From contig CP051526.1 in assembly GCA_050916045.1 (NCBI GenBank), positions 2,880,001 to 2,944,000 of the forward strand: a stretch of 64,000 nt of DNA. Direction: 5' to 3'. Position numbers and translations under genes: made by a program. The notes beneath the pieces were generated by a model. That model saw nothing but the letters and a program-made list of their open reading frames with translations. It was not told the origin of the DNA and did not search any database. The DNA is from Tepidisphaera sp. Its GTDB lineage: Bacteria > Planctomycetota > Phycisphaerae > Phycisphaerales > UBA1924. Position 1 is the first letter of the stretch. Every line of letters begins with the position of its first letter. Positions 1-9,162 of the stretch are shown in pieces.

Positions 1-182
1 TCGTTGACGATGACCGCGACCTTCAAGCCCTCGCGGTTGCGCAGGATGTGGTTGAGCAGCGTGGTCTTGCCCGAGCCAAGGAAACCCGAAAGGACGGTGA
101 CGGGGAGGCGGCGGTCGGTGGTGTCGGTCGTGCCCGCGATCATGTTGGCGGCGGTCTGGATCATGGTCTTGATGGTGTTCAT
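1..182 (-). CDS. COG0523/CobW (ZigA/YciC-type) G3E GTPase, zinc metallochaperone; N-terminal part only, runs off the window
   Basis: Manual translation from ATG at 182: MNTIKTM...[37 protein letters not shown], the characteristic Walker A start of this family; next to a Fur-family gene. Confidence 0.9.
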   Translation of the reverse strand, partial: MNTIKTMIQTAANMIAGTTDTTDRRLPVTVLSGFLGSGKTTLLNHILRNREGLKVAVIVN

Positions 183-200
183 GCGGGGGTTCTCTCTTCT

Positions 201-1148
201 TCAGCGGGGCGATGCGGGCGCGGCGGTCGGACGTGATGCAGCTGATTTGTCGTCGGCGTCTTTTCGGTGGCGGACGGCTCTGGATTGACGGGCATCCGCA
301 TCGGACAACGCCTTAACGTGCCGCAGTGGATCAGAAGCAGCGGCAATATGCAGAGCCGCCCCGCGGTATGCTGCGAGGATTTCTGCTGCGCGGAGCCGAA
401 TCGCGCGGTCTTCCTCTCGCTCTATGTGCCCCAGCGGCACGGCCCAGGTGAACTGGCCGTCCTTGCCCGAGGCGGTTGGGATGTGATAGAACTCGCGGTC
501 CTTACCGGGACCGACTTCGCCGCCGGTGGCCTTAGCACGCTCGTTGGCTTCAACAAAGAAGTCAATCGCGTAGTTGGGGTAGCCAAAGAGCAGGCCGTAG
601 GCACGCCAGCGGTCGGCCTTGGGCAGTCGGTCCACCACGGCGACGACCTCCGCCGGATGCGTGCATGGCGTGATACCCAGCGGCGACCAGAACGCGGCTT
701 CTCGCTCGATCATCGCTTTGAGTGCGTCGCGATGAACGATGTACGCTTCGATGTGCCGCTTGCCGTCGTGGACGGTGGCGAAGGTCTGCACATCCGCGTA
801 ATAGGTGGCACTTCGCAACGGCGCGAGGGCTCGCCGCACGCGCGCGATCTCTGCGGTGTCGGGTGCCGCAAGGTCAACTCTACCATGCCAAAAGCCGGTG
901 CTGAGCGGCTTGAGGCCATCGACCAGCGTGTACAACGCCTCACGATCCAGAGCCTTGAGCAGCAGTTCACGGAACTGGTCACGCTCGTTGGCGGTGGTGA
1001 GGGGCGCATCGCGGTCGGCTGTGCGGGCGGTGTTGGTGGCGCAGCCGCCGGAGAAGAACAAAGCAAGCGCCACGACCATCGCGGTGGCGAGGATCGTGTG
1101 TTGGCGTGTGGAACTCGAAATGGATTGGAACTTGCTCGTGGACTTCAT
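201..1148 (-). CDS. Hypothetical lipoprotein
   Basis: ATG at 1148 overlaps the upstream stop (ATGA); hydrophobic stretch ending FSGGC (lipobox-like); globular remainder with GLLFGYP. Confidence 0.7.
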   Translation of the reverse strand: MKSTSKFQSISSSTRQHTILATAMVVALALFFSGGCATNTARTADRDAPLTTANERDQFRELLLKALDREALYTLVDGLKPLSTGFWHGRVDLAAPDTAEIARVRRALAPLRSATYYADVQTFATVHDGKRHIEAYIVHRDALKAMIEREAAFWSPLGITPCTHPAEVVAVVDRLPKADRWRAYGLLFGYPNYAIDFFVEANERAKATGGEVGPGKDREFYHIPTASGKDGQFTWAVPLGHIEREEDRAIRLRAAEILAAYRGAALHIAAASDPLRHVKALSDADARQSRAVRHRKDADDKSAASRPTAAPASPR

Positions 1149-1396
1149 CCGCCGCACCCCGCCTCGCCGCAACAACTCCCGTGGCTGTGCCCACCTGCAC
1201 CGTCGCTGCCGCGCCGTGTCCCCAGCAGCATGGCGGGTGAGATGACGCGCTCGACAGGGCTGTTGGCGGGTGTCGTACCCTTGTCGATGCCCGCTGAGGA
1301 GCACAGCTCGCCCCACGTACGCAGCGTCACGGCCATCGGGTGGCTGGTCTCGACGATCCGGCGGTTGGCGGGGCAGTGGTAGTCGTAGCGGGGCAT
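1145..1396 (-). CDS. FmdB-like zinc-ribbon protein with His/Cys-rich tail
   Basis: MPRYDYHCP start typical of FmdB-type proteins; WGELC; C-terminal HSHGSCCGEAGC. Confidence 0.75.
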   Translation of the reverse strand: MPRYDYHCPANRRIVETSHPMAVTLRTWGELCSSAGIDKGTTPANSPVERVISPAMLLGTRRGSDGAGGHSHGSCCGEAGCGG

Positions 1397-1415
1397 GGGG
1401 AATGATCCGGCGGGA

Positions 1416-1439
1416 CTAATGCGAACGCGGTATCATTAG
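1416..1439. promoter_or_regulatory. Candidate Fur/Zur-family operator
   Basis: Inverted repeat CTAATG-N12-CATTAG, AT-rich for this window, between the divergent zinc-ribbon operon and the fur-family gene. Confidence 0.5.
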
Positions 1440-1475
1440 CAGTAAAGTCCGCCAAGTCCAGGTCGGAGCATCATC

Positions 1476-1898
1476 ATGGAACGACAGACCAAACAGAGAC
1501 ACGCGATCGAAACCGCCATTCGCGAAGGCGGGCGGCCCTTGCTCCCCGCCGAGTTGGTCACGCTGGCCCAGGAAACGGTCCCCGGCATCAACATCGCCAC
1601 GGTCTACCGCTGCGTCAAGGCACTCGCCGAGGAGGGCGTGATCCGAGCGGTCGAACTGTCCGGTGAGCCCGCTCGCTACGAGCGTGCCGACCTGCACCAC
1701 CATCACCACTTCCGTTGCGACGAGTGCGAGCGTGTCTTTGACGTTCCCGGGTGCCGCGGCGGTGTAGAGTCCAATGTTCCCGATGGCTTCAGTGTGCGCG
1801 CCCATGAAGTGGTGCTGTTTGGACGGTGCGCGGAGTGCGAGCGACCCTCACGTAAACGCACTCGCTCCGCGACGACAGCACGCCGAAGTTCGCGCTGA
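1476..1898 (+). CDS. Fur-family transcriptional regulator (Zur-like by context)
   Basis: ATVYR helix, HHHHHFRCDEC and GRCAEC motifs. Confidence 0.92.
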   Translation: MERQTKQRHAIETAIREGGRPLLPAELVTLAQETVPGINIATVYRCVKALAEEGVIRAVELSGEPARYERADLHHHHHFRCDECERVFDVPGCRGGVESNVPDGFSVRAHEVVLFGRCAECERPSRKRTRSATTARRSSR

Positions 1899-1947
1899 CT
1901 CCAGCACCGTGTGCGCGTGCAAAGGGGGGCAAGCGTCGGCGTCAAGC

Positions 1948-2211
1948 ATGACCTCTGTCCATACCCGCCGCGCGAAGCCCGCGGGCGTGCTCGGGGCCGA
2001 GGTGTGGGTGAAACTCGTCGATGCGGACACACCCGCGCCGACCGACCCCGCCGCGCTCACGTTCCTGACCATGACGACCCGCCCAAGTTTCCGCGCCGAG
2101 TTCAAGGCGGGCGAAGGCGGCAAAACCGCCGTCTCCATGGCCCGCTGGTTCAACACACGCGGCGAAAAGGGGCCGTGGTCGGAGGTCACCACGGCGACGG
2201 TGGCAGCATGA
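1948..2211 (+). pseudogene. C-terminal remnant of a conserved planctomycete hypothetical protein
   Basis: RRAKPAGVLGAEVWVK...RWFNTRGEKGPWSEVTTATVAA resembles the end of a longer family recalled from planctomycetes; no room for an N-terminal part after the fur stop. Confidence 0.5.
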
Positions 2212-2306
2212 CGCCTTGATACGCCGTCCGCAGGACCGACGGTGGCGGCCTAGGGCAACAACTACCGCGCGGATGGCCGGGCCGCGGAGTGCCGGCGAGC
2301 GCGGCG

Positions 2307-3047
2307 TTAATCATCGTCGTCTGCTTTCGTGCCTTCCTTGCCGCCCGACTCCTTACCGCCCTCGTTCTCGTTCTCGCCCAGTTGCAGCACCGTGCCGAGG
2401 AGCGGAAGCGTTGTGGTTTGCGTGGCGGGGTTGTAGTTGCGGATGAGGCCGAAGGCCCAGGCTCCGGCAATCGTGAGAAACACCACCGCGATGATCGGCT
2501 TGGCCGAGGTGATCGCGTCGGACTGCTCGGCGTGCTTCTTGCCGTGGATCATGCTCAGCGTGATGTTCTCGCGGTGGCGAATGGTGTGCAGCGCGACGCC
2601 CAGCACGTGCGCGACCGCGACACCAACCGTGACCCATGCGAGGATCTCATGGATCTCCTTCACACCCTCGTTGCCCTGGCCCATCATGATGCCGGTGACG
2701 GCCATCGCGAGCACCAGCACGAGCAGCGCGAAGATCGCCAGCGCCGATCCGGGGTTGTGGCCGATGTAGCGCTTGCCGCCGCCGACGAGCGTGCCCTTCA
2801 TGTACTCGATCACCGCGGCGGGCCCGAAGATGAAGGTGCCAAAGCGGGCGTAGCGCGTACCGGCGATGCCCCAGATGACGCGGAGGCAGACCATGAGAGC
2901 GATGGTCAGCCCGATGATCGCGTGGTACGGAAAGAGCGGGCTGTCTTCGCCAAGCGCGAGCGCGATGATGGCGGCCGCGATGAAGCCGCCCGAGAGCAGC
3001 CAGTGGAAGAAGCGGGTGGGAAGATCCCAAATGAGGACGGAGTTCAT
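2307..3047 (-). CDS. Cytochrome b/b6 domain membrane protein (Ni/Fe-hydrogenase cytochrome b-like)
   Basis: IWDLPTRFFHW, GHNP, EIHE and HVLGV heme-ligand motifs; SD AAGGAGG before ATG 3047. Confidence 0.9.
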   Translation of the reverse strand: MNSVLIWDLPTRFFHWLLSGGFIAAAIIALALGEDSPLFPYHAIIGLTIALMVCLRVIWGIAGTRYARFGTFIFGPAAVIEYMKGTLVGGGKRYIGHNPGSALAIFALLVLVLAMAVTGIMMGQGNEGVKEIHEILAWVTVGVAVAHVLGVALHTIRHRENITLSMIHGKKHAEQSDAITSAKPIIAVVFLTIAGAWAFGLIRNYNPATQTTTLPLLGTVLQLGENENEGGKESGGKEGTKADDDD

Positions 3048-3245
3048 AGGAGCCTCCTTGGGCAGCCCCGATGCGGAGCGGCCTATGCGATTCCGCTCGG
3101 GACGCAAACACGCCCGAGTGCCACACCATGCGTCCCGAAAGCCACGACCCCAGTCATCCTCGTCAACCCGGCACGCTGAGGCTTGGGCGAGAATAGAAGA
3201 CCAATGAATCCATTGTAGCGCAGTACCCGACACTTCCGCAAACAT

Positions 3246-3259
3246 TTGAAGCAAATCAG
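3246..3259. promoter_or_regulatory. Candidate FNR/FixK-type box
   Basis: TTGAA-GCAA-ATCAG, 8/10 match to TTGAT-N4-ATCAA, between divergent cytochrome b and ATPase genes. Confidence 0.4.
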
Positions 3260-3351
3260 CGCCGACCCGCCGCGCCGCCGCCCAAGTGCTGCGGCTCGCA
3301 ATAGCGGAAGTTTACCTACTAGCCTTTCCGTGACGTCCGTTACGATTCTTC

Positions 3352-5316
3352 ATGACAACACCGCTGCCCGCCATGCCGCAGTCACAGGTCGCGGCGTTTG
3401 TCGCTTCGCGGGGCATGCTTATCATCGCCGGTATTGCGCTCATCGGCATCGCGGCACATCTGGTGCTTCGGTTTGCGGTGCGTGCGGACTCGCTCACGCA
3501 GGACATCCCGCTTTGGATGGTGCTTGGCTTTGGCGGCGTGCCTCTGGTGTACCAGTTGCTCCGCAAGGTGCTCAAACTTCAGTTTGGTGCCGACCTGCTC
3601 GCGGGGCTTTCGATCGTCACGGCGGTCCTTCTTCACGAGTATCTCGCGGGCGCACTGGTCGTCCTCATGCTCTCGGGGGGCGAGGCGCTCGAGAGTTACG
3701 CGGTGCAAAGCGCATCGTCGGTCCTGCGGGCGTTGGCGAAACGCATGCCGTCGATCGCACACAAACGCACCGGCGCGGCAGTTCTCGATGTACCGCTGAG
3801 TGAAGTCGCCATCGGCGACACGCTCACGATCTTCCCGCACGACATCTGCCCCGTCGACGGCGTCGTCACCGAAGGCCGCGGCGCGATGGACGAGTCGTTT
3901 CTCACCGGCGAGCCCTTCCAGATGTCCAAGACGCCGGGGTCGACCGTCATCTCCGGCGCGATCAACGGCGAGTCGGCCCTGACCATCCGCGCGACGCGCC
4001 CCGCCGCAGACTCGCGGTACGCGAAGATCATGCAGGTCATGCTGCGGGCCGAGGAGAATAAGCCGCACATGCGCCGCTTGGCAGATCGCCTCGGCGCATG
4101 GTACACGCCGCTGGCGGTGCTGATCGCGATCATCGCGTGGATCGCGAGCGGCGAGTCAGGCCGGTTTCTCGCGGTGCTGGTCGTAGCCACACCCTGCCCG
4201 CTCCTCATCGCGATCCCGGTGGCGATTATCGGGGCGATCTCGCTTTGCGCCCGCCGCGGCATCATCGTGAAGAACCCCGCCGTGCTCGAGACCATCGCGA
4301 CCTGCACGACAGCGATCTTTGACAAGACGGGGACGCTGACCTACGGACGCCCGCGACTAACGGATCAGGTGATCGCCCCCGGAAACGACTCGGGTCATGA
4401 CGCCAACCATGTACTGGGCCTTGTGGCGAGCTTGGAGCGGTACTCGAAGCACCCGCTCGCCCATGCGATCCTCGAGGCGGCCAAGACAGCAGGACTGACG
4501 CTGCACGACGCCACCGAGATCAGTGAGCCGCCCGGCGAAGGCATGCGCGGGACTGTCGATGGGCACGGCGTGCGCATCACCAGCCGCGGATCCCTCGCGA
4601 GAAAGCCAGTCGCGGGCTCCGATACGCTCCCCGCGCACGCCGGCGGGCTCGAGTGCTTTGTCGTCATCGACGACCGCTATGCCGCCACCTACCGCTTCCG
4701 CGACGAGCCTCGCACCGAGGGCGTCTCGTTCATCAAGCATCTGATGCCGCGGCACGGCTTTCAGCGGCTCATGATCGTCTCGGGCGACCGCGAATCAGAG
4801 GTGCGGTACCTCGCCGAGCAGGTCGGTATCACCGAGGTCTTTGCGGAGAAGACGCCCGAGGAGAAGGTGACGATCGTCAAGGCCGAGGCCGCCAAGGCCC
4901 GCACGCTCTACGTCGGCGACGGCATCAACGATGCCCCGGCGCTCATGTCGGCCACAGTCGGCATCGCCATCGGCCAGAACAGCGACATCACCACCGAGTC
5001 CGCGGGCGTCGTCATCATGGACAGCTCCCTGGAGAAGGTGGACGAGTTCATGCACATCAGCCGGCGCATGCGGCGCATCGCACTCCAGAGCGCCATTGGC
5101 GGCATGGCGCTGAGCGTGGTCGGCATGGCAATGGCGGCCGGGGGCCTTCTGGCCCCCGTCGCCGGAGCGGTCGCACAAGAAATCATCGACGTGCTCGCAA
5201 TCCTCAACGCCCTGCGAGCCGCAATGAAGCCCGGGCAACTGACCGATCTGCCCCAGACCGCAAGCTCCGCGGCGATGCCGGCCGAGTCGTCCACGGCACC
5301 GGATGCCGCTTCGTAA
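3352..5316 (+). CDS. Heavy-metal P-type ATPase, P1B-5 subclass
   Basis: TGEP, TPCP, DKTGT, HP and GDGINDAP motifs; QX4GX3SX3M and PX6QEX2DX5N in the last TM helices; start could be 3373. Confidence 0.92.
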   Translation: MTTPLPAMPQSQVAAFVASRGMLIIAGIALIGIAAHLVLRFAVRADSLTQDIPLWMVLGFGGVPLVYQLLRKVLKLQFGADLLAGLSIVTAVLLHEYLAGALVVLMLSGGEALESYAVQSASSVLRALAKRMPSIAHKRTGAAVLDVPLSEVAIGDTLTIFPHDICPVDGVVTEGRGAMDESFLTGEPFQMSKTPGSTVISGAINGESALTIRATRPAADSRYAKIMQVMLRAEENKPHMRRLADRLGAWYTPLAVLIAIIAWIASGESGRFLAVLVVATPCPLLIAIPVAIIGAISLCARRGIIVKNPAVLETIATCTTAIFDKTGTLTYGRPRLTDQVIAPGNDSGHDANHVLGLVASLERYSKHPLAHAILEAAKTAGLTLHDATEISEPPGEGMRGTVDGHGVRITSRGSLARKPVAGSDTLPAHAGGLECFVVIDDRYAATYRFRDEPRTEGVSFIKHLMPRHGFQRLMIVSGDRESEVRYLAEQVGITEVFAEKTPEEKVTIVKAEAAKARTLYVGDGINDAPALMSATVGIAIGQNSDITTESAGVVIMDSSLEKVDEFMHISRRMRRIALQSAIGGMALSVVGMAMAAGGLLAPVAGAVAQEIIDVLAILNALRAAMKPGQLTDLPQTASSAAMPAESSTAPDAAS

Positions 5317-5320
5317 CGGG

Positions 5321-5608
5321 CTAGGCCTTCGTGCTTGTCGCCGCCGAAAGCTCCGCTTCGGCCTGACACCAGTCGCTGTTGGCGTTGCCCGCACCGCCGT
5401 TGCGGGCCTGCGAGATCTCGTAAGCACGTGCGCGAATGTGCTCGGCAGTCGGTTGGCACCCGCACGCATCCGCGCCGGGCTTGCAGGCCTTGGGCTTGCT
5501 CGCCTCAGACACTGCGGGAGACGATGGCTGGCGAGCCTGCGAGGGCTGGACCGCGCTGGAGGGGTTTTGCGGCTGATGCTGGTGAGACTGAGTGTGACTG
5601 GACATCAT
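5321..5608 (-). CDS. DUF2934 domain protein
   Basis: IRARAYEI...DWCQAEAEL motif. Confidence 0.8.
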   Translation of the reverse strand: MMSSHTQSHQHQPQNPSSAVQPSQARQPSSPAVSEASKPKACKPGADACGCQPTAEHIRARAYEISQARNGGAGNANSDWCQAEAELSAATSTKA

Positions 5609-5699
5609 GTTCTCTTTTCATGTGGAGGGCAGGGTTGCCCGGTGTACAAGCGGCGAGTTGCTCCGGCGACACCGCCGGCACGCCACTGTTGGATCGACT

Positions 5700-6353
5700 T
5701 CAACGGAAGGGCAAAGCGAGCCCGCCCCCGATGGGTGCACCCCGGGAGACGGTCTTCGAAGCATCGGAGACGTGGTGGAGATGCTCGGCCAAGAGCCAGA
5801 CGTGCAGCTTGCAGGTAAGGACGAGCTCGGACGCTACCAGCACGGCCTCGTGTGAGAGGCCGCCTCGTCGGAGTCCACGTTCCGGCTGCGTCAGCACGGC
5901 AATGGCTTGCAGAGCAATGGTCTCGTGAGCGTTCAGGAGTCGGTGCACTTGCACGTCCAGCGTCTCCGCACCGTGCGGCGGGCGCGGGATGCTCGACCTG
6001 GCCGAGATACGGCCCGCCATCACGGGTGCGTCAGCACCAATCGCGCGGACGAGACCCGCAAGCAACTCCACCAGCCGCACCTGCTCAACGTGATGCCTCT
6101 GGCAGATGAGCTCAAAGAGCCTCGCGTGCGGCCCAGACGCCTCCCGAACTTGCTTGGCGTACAGGTCGCGGATCGCCATCGTGTCCGCAAGCAGCTGCAC
6201 GAAGTCCCTCTGCGAGGCATGCAGAGCGGACTGCTCAGCCGCGATCGCAAGCCGCAGAGCTATCGCTGCATCCCTCGTCGTGACACTTTCATCATCGGGG
6301 GCGTGTACGCGCGCCCCCTTTACCCTGGACAGCAGTCGTGTTGACGTGATCAT
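5700..6353 (-). CDS. Dps/ferritin-like protein with degenerate ferroxidase site
   Basis: QLLADTMAIRDLY...SGP...IPRPPHG...RLLNAHE...VWLLAEHL follows a Dps subfamily pattern; HW and DxxAER are absent. Confidence 0.65.
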   Translation of the reverse strand: MITSTRLLSRVKGARVHAPDDESVTTRDAAIALRLAIAAEQSALHASQRDFVQLLADTMAIRDLYAKQVREASGPHARLFELICQRHHVEQVRLVELLAGLVRAIGADAPVMAGRISARSSIPRPPHGAETLDVQVHRLLNAHETIALQAIAVLTQPERGLRRGGLSHEAVLVASELVLTCKLHVWLLAEHLHHVSDASKTVSRGAPIGGGLALPFR

Positions 6354-6425
6354 GGAGAGACCTCCGGAGATGCGCGGCGACGTCCGACACGGAACCGCTC
6401 GGTCGCCACTCGTTGCGAAAGCCAA

Positions 6426-6956
6426 CTACGCGATCGCTTCTGATGCCACATGCACCTTGGTGTGCGTCGCAGACGTCTCGGCGAGAAGCCGCTCGGCGCT
6501 CTTGACTTCTTCCAGCGAGCCATCCACCACAAGCAGGATCTTCTCCGCCCTGATCGCTGTTTCATACTGCAGAATGCTGTCGTTGGGAATCCCGATGCTG
6601 TAGAACGCGGCGCCGAGCGCACTCAGACCTCCGACGACCACCGCGCCCTCCAGCGCGCCGACGATCCACGCGACAATCGGCCCGGCGACCATCAGCGGAC
6701 CTACGCCCGGCACCCAGAAGAAGGCGGATCCAAAGAGCAGGCCCCACATCCCGCCCCAGAACGCACCGCTACCACCCCACGCCTTCATGCGGTCACCCGC
6801 GTTGTAGTAGCCCACAACGTGCTGCTCGCTGTGGAACCCGCGTCCTACGACCGACATGCGATTGAGGCTGATGCCACCCGCCTGAAGCGACTTGATCGCG
6901 GCTTCAGCTTGTTCCTGTCGGGCGAAGATGGAGACGACGGAGTGCGTGTTCGACAT
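6426..6956 (-). CDS. General stress protein (YflT/DUF1269-like membrane protein)
   Basis: GYYNAGDRMKAWG...GAFWGGMWGLLFG...PGVGPLMVAGP. Confidence 0.8.
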   Translation of the reverse strand: MSNTHSVVSIFARQEQAEAAIKSLQAGGISLNRMSVVGRGFHSEQHVVGYYNAGDRMKAWGGSGAFWGGMWGLLFGSAFFWVPGVGPLMVAGPIVAWIVGALEGAVVVGGLSALGAAFYSIGIPNDSILQYETAIRAEKILLVVDGSLEEVKSAERLLAETSATHTKVHVASEAIA

Positions 6957-7427
6957 GTCGGTGCCTCGTGATCGTCATTGCACCAGCACGCCGGCATCTC
7001 TGTTGTGCGCAGCGTGAGCGTGAGATGATCAGAGGAACGCTCACAGACACGAGTGTTCTTCTCAACGGCGAACTTATCCCTCATTCCCTCTGTACAAGTC
7101 AGGTTGTTCAACCCGCCGCCAGTGGGCGGGGCGGAAGTGCTTCCACGCCGCCGGCGACCCGAGGACAAAGCTCCCGCCGATCTCCGTGAACGATCAGCTT
7201 CGATCGCACACCCATCGGGCCACCCCAAGCGTGGTCCGCCAAGCCTCCGATTCGACCCCGTACAGTCACGTTCGAGACTCCCAAGCCAAGAAGCCCAGGT
7301 TCGTTCGTCGGCAGACTGCCGCGCACCGAGGACCTTGCCTCCGCGCCGGATCAAGGGAGACATCCGTCCGTCGCCTGTTGTACGCGAAGAAGGAGTGCGG
7401 TAGTTCAGGAGAGGTGTTCGAAGCGGA

Positions 7428-8411
7428 TCACTCGCTCTGGATGAAAGCAAGAAGGTCGCGATTGATCGTCTCGGCGTTGACGGTGCACATGCCGTGCGAA
7501 AGCCCTTCGTACACCTTGAGCGTACCCCGCTTGAGCAGCTTGACCGCAAGCAAGGCCGAGTTCGCGATCGGCACGACCTGATCGTCGCTGCCGTGCATCA
7601 CAAGGGTCGGAACGTCGACCGTCCGCAGGTCCTCGGTAAAGTCCGTCTCCGAAAACGCCTTGATTCCGTCGTAGTGGGCCTTGGCTCCGCCCATCATGCC
7701 CTGCCGCCACCAGTTCTGGATCACCGCTTCCGAAGGCGCGGCGCCCGGACGGTTGAACCCGTAGAACGGCCCCGCCGCGATGTCGCGATAGAACTGGGCG
7801 CGGTTGGCTGCAAGCTGCTGCCGAAACCCGTCAAAGACCTCGATCGGCAAGCCGCCAGGATACGCCGCCGTCTTCACCATGATCGGCGGCACCGCTCCGA
7901 TGATCACGAGCTTCGCCACGCGACCGCGGCCGTGCCGAGCGACATACCGCGTCGCTTGCCCACCGCCGGTCGAATGGCCGATGTGCACCGCGTTCCGCAG
8001 GTCGAGATGCTCGACCAGCGCCGCCGTGTCCGCGGCGTAGTGGTCCATGTCGTGCCCGGTATCAACTTGGCTTGACCGACCGTGGCCGCGGCGGTCGTGC
8101 GCGATCACGCGATACCCCTTCTGCAGAAAGAACATCATCTGCGTGTCCCAGTCGTCGGCCGTCAGCGGCCAGCCGTGGTGGAACACAACCGGCTGCGCCG
8201 ACCTCGAGCCCCAATCCTTGAAGAAGATCTGAACGCCGTCCTTCGTCGTGACATGACTCATGTTCGCTTCTCCCGTGGGTTTGTCTTTGTTCTGGTCCGC
8301 GCGCTCGGACCCCGGGCCGGCGCAGGACAACAACGCCGAAGCCGTCAGGCCCGCTCCGGCGGCCATGACCTCGCGACGACTGATCAGACTAGATCGACTG
8401 GGTTCCATCAC
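7428..8411 (-). CDS. Non-heme chloroperoxidase-type alpha/beta hydrolase with Tat-lipoprotein-like leader
   Basis: [20 protein letters not shown] nucleophile, [10 protein letters not shown]; leader [12 protein letters not shown]...LLSC; SD GGAGG. Confidence 0.92.
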   Translation of the reverse strand: MMEPSRSSLISRREVMAAGAGLTASALLSCAGPGSERADQNKDKPTGEANMSHVTTKDGVQIFFKDWGSRSAQPVVFHHGWPLTADDWDTQMMFFLQKGYRVIAHDRRGHGRSSQVDTGHDMDHYAADTAALVEHLDLRNAVHIGHSTGGGQATRYVARHGRGRVAKLVIIGAVPPIMVKTAAYPGGLPIEVFDGFRQQLAANRAQFYRDIAAGPFYGFNRPGAAPSEAVIQNWWRQGMMGGAKAHYDGIKAFSETDFTEDLRTVDVPTLVMHGSDDQVVPIANSALLAVKLLKRGTLKVYEGLSHGMCTVNAETINRDLLAFIQSE

Positions 8412-8525
8412 GCATGCCTCCCGGACGGCCCCTTGATACTGGGCCGCATTCCTAAGCGTGGAACCTGGACACCCCCCGCCACTTTGCGGTACGCCGAACG
8501 CGTTGACCCGTTACCATCCATCGAG

Positions 8526-9158
8526 ATGGACCAGACCCACACCACCGCGGCCATCCAGTCCTACCTGGATGAGCTCAAGGGCCTCAAGGGGGACGCTCCG
8601 TCCACCGAACCGGTGGTGCGTGCCCTCATCAGCAGGTCTGTCGAGCGCCTGAACGTGCTCTGCACCGCGATGCTCTTCCAAAGCTACGGCCGTCTCACCC
8701 GCCCACCGACCAACCTTCGCCCCGAAGAACTCCTCAGCGCCGTCGTCGAGCGCCTCCTGAAAGCTCTCAGCACGGTCCGCCCCGGCAACGTCCGCCAGTT
8801 CTTCGCGATCGTCAATCAGCACCTCCGCTGGGAGCTCAATGACCTGGCCCGACGCTTAGATCAACAGACCCGCGCCCTCTCCATCAAGGAGGAGCTTGTC
8901 CCCGCGCCGGAAACATCCGGTTCGGTCGCGTCCCTGAAAGCCCTCCGCATGCTCGAAGCCATCGAAAATCTGCCTCAGGAAGAACGCGAGGTCTTCGAGC
9001 TCGTCCGCATCCAGGGCATGACCCACCCCGAAACCGCCGAACTCCTCGGCATCTCGGCCAAGACCGTGCAGCGACGCTTGCAGCGAAGCCTCCTCACGCT
9101 TTCGGAGATGCTCCCCGACCTTCGTCCCGAGCAGGCCTCCCCCGAGACGGAGCGGTGA
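8526..9158 (+). CDS. ECF sigma-70 factor, kinase-associated (ECF1)
   Basis: Region 4 LPQEEREVFEL...ETAELLGISAKTVQRR; ends 4 nt before a kinase gene. Confidence 0.88.
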   Translation: MDQTHTTAAIQSYLDELKGLKGDAPSTEPVVRALISRSVERLNVLCTAMLFQSYGRLTRPPTNLRPEELLSAVVERLLKALSTVRPGNVRQFFAIVNQHLRWELNDLARRLDQQTRALSIKEELVPAPETSGSVASLKALRMLEAIENLPQEEREVFELVRIQGMTHPETAELLGISAKTVQRRLQRSLLTLSEMLPDLRPEQASPETER

Positions 9159-9162
9159 GGCC

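Noticed and set aside
6957..7427. Small gene or ncRNA in the 470-bp spacer
   Set aside because: Short ORFs lack SD, motifs and codon bias; no recognisable RNA structure
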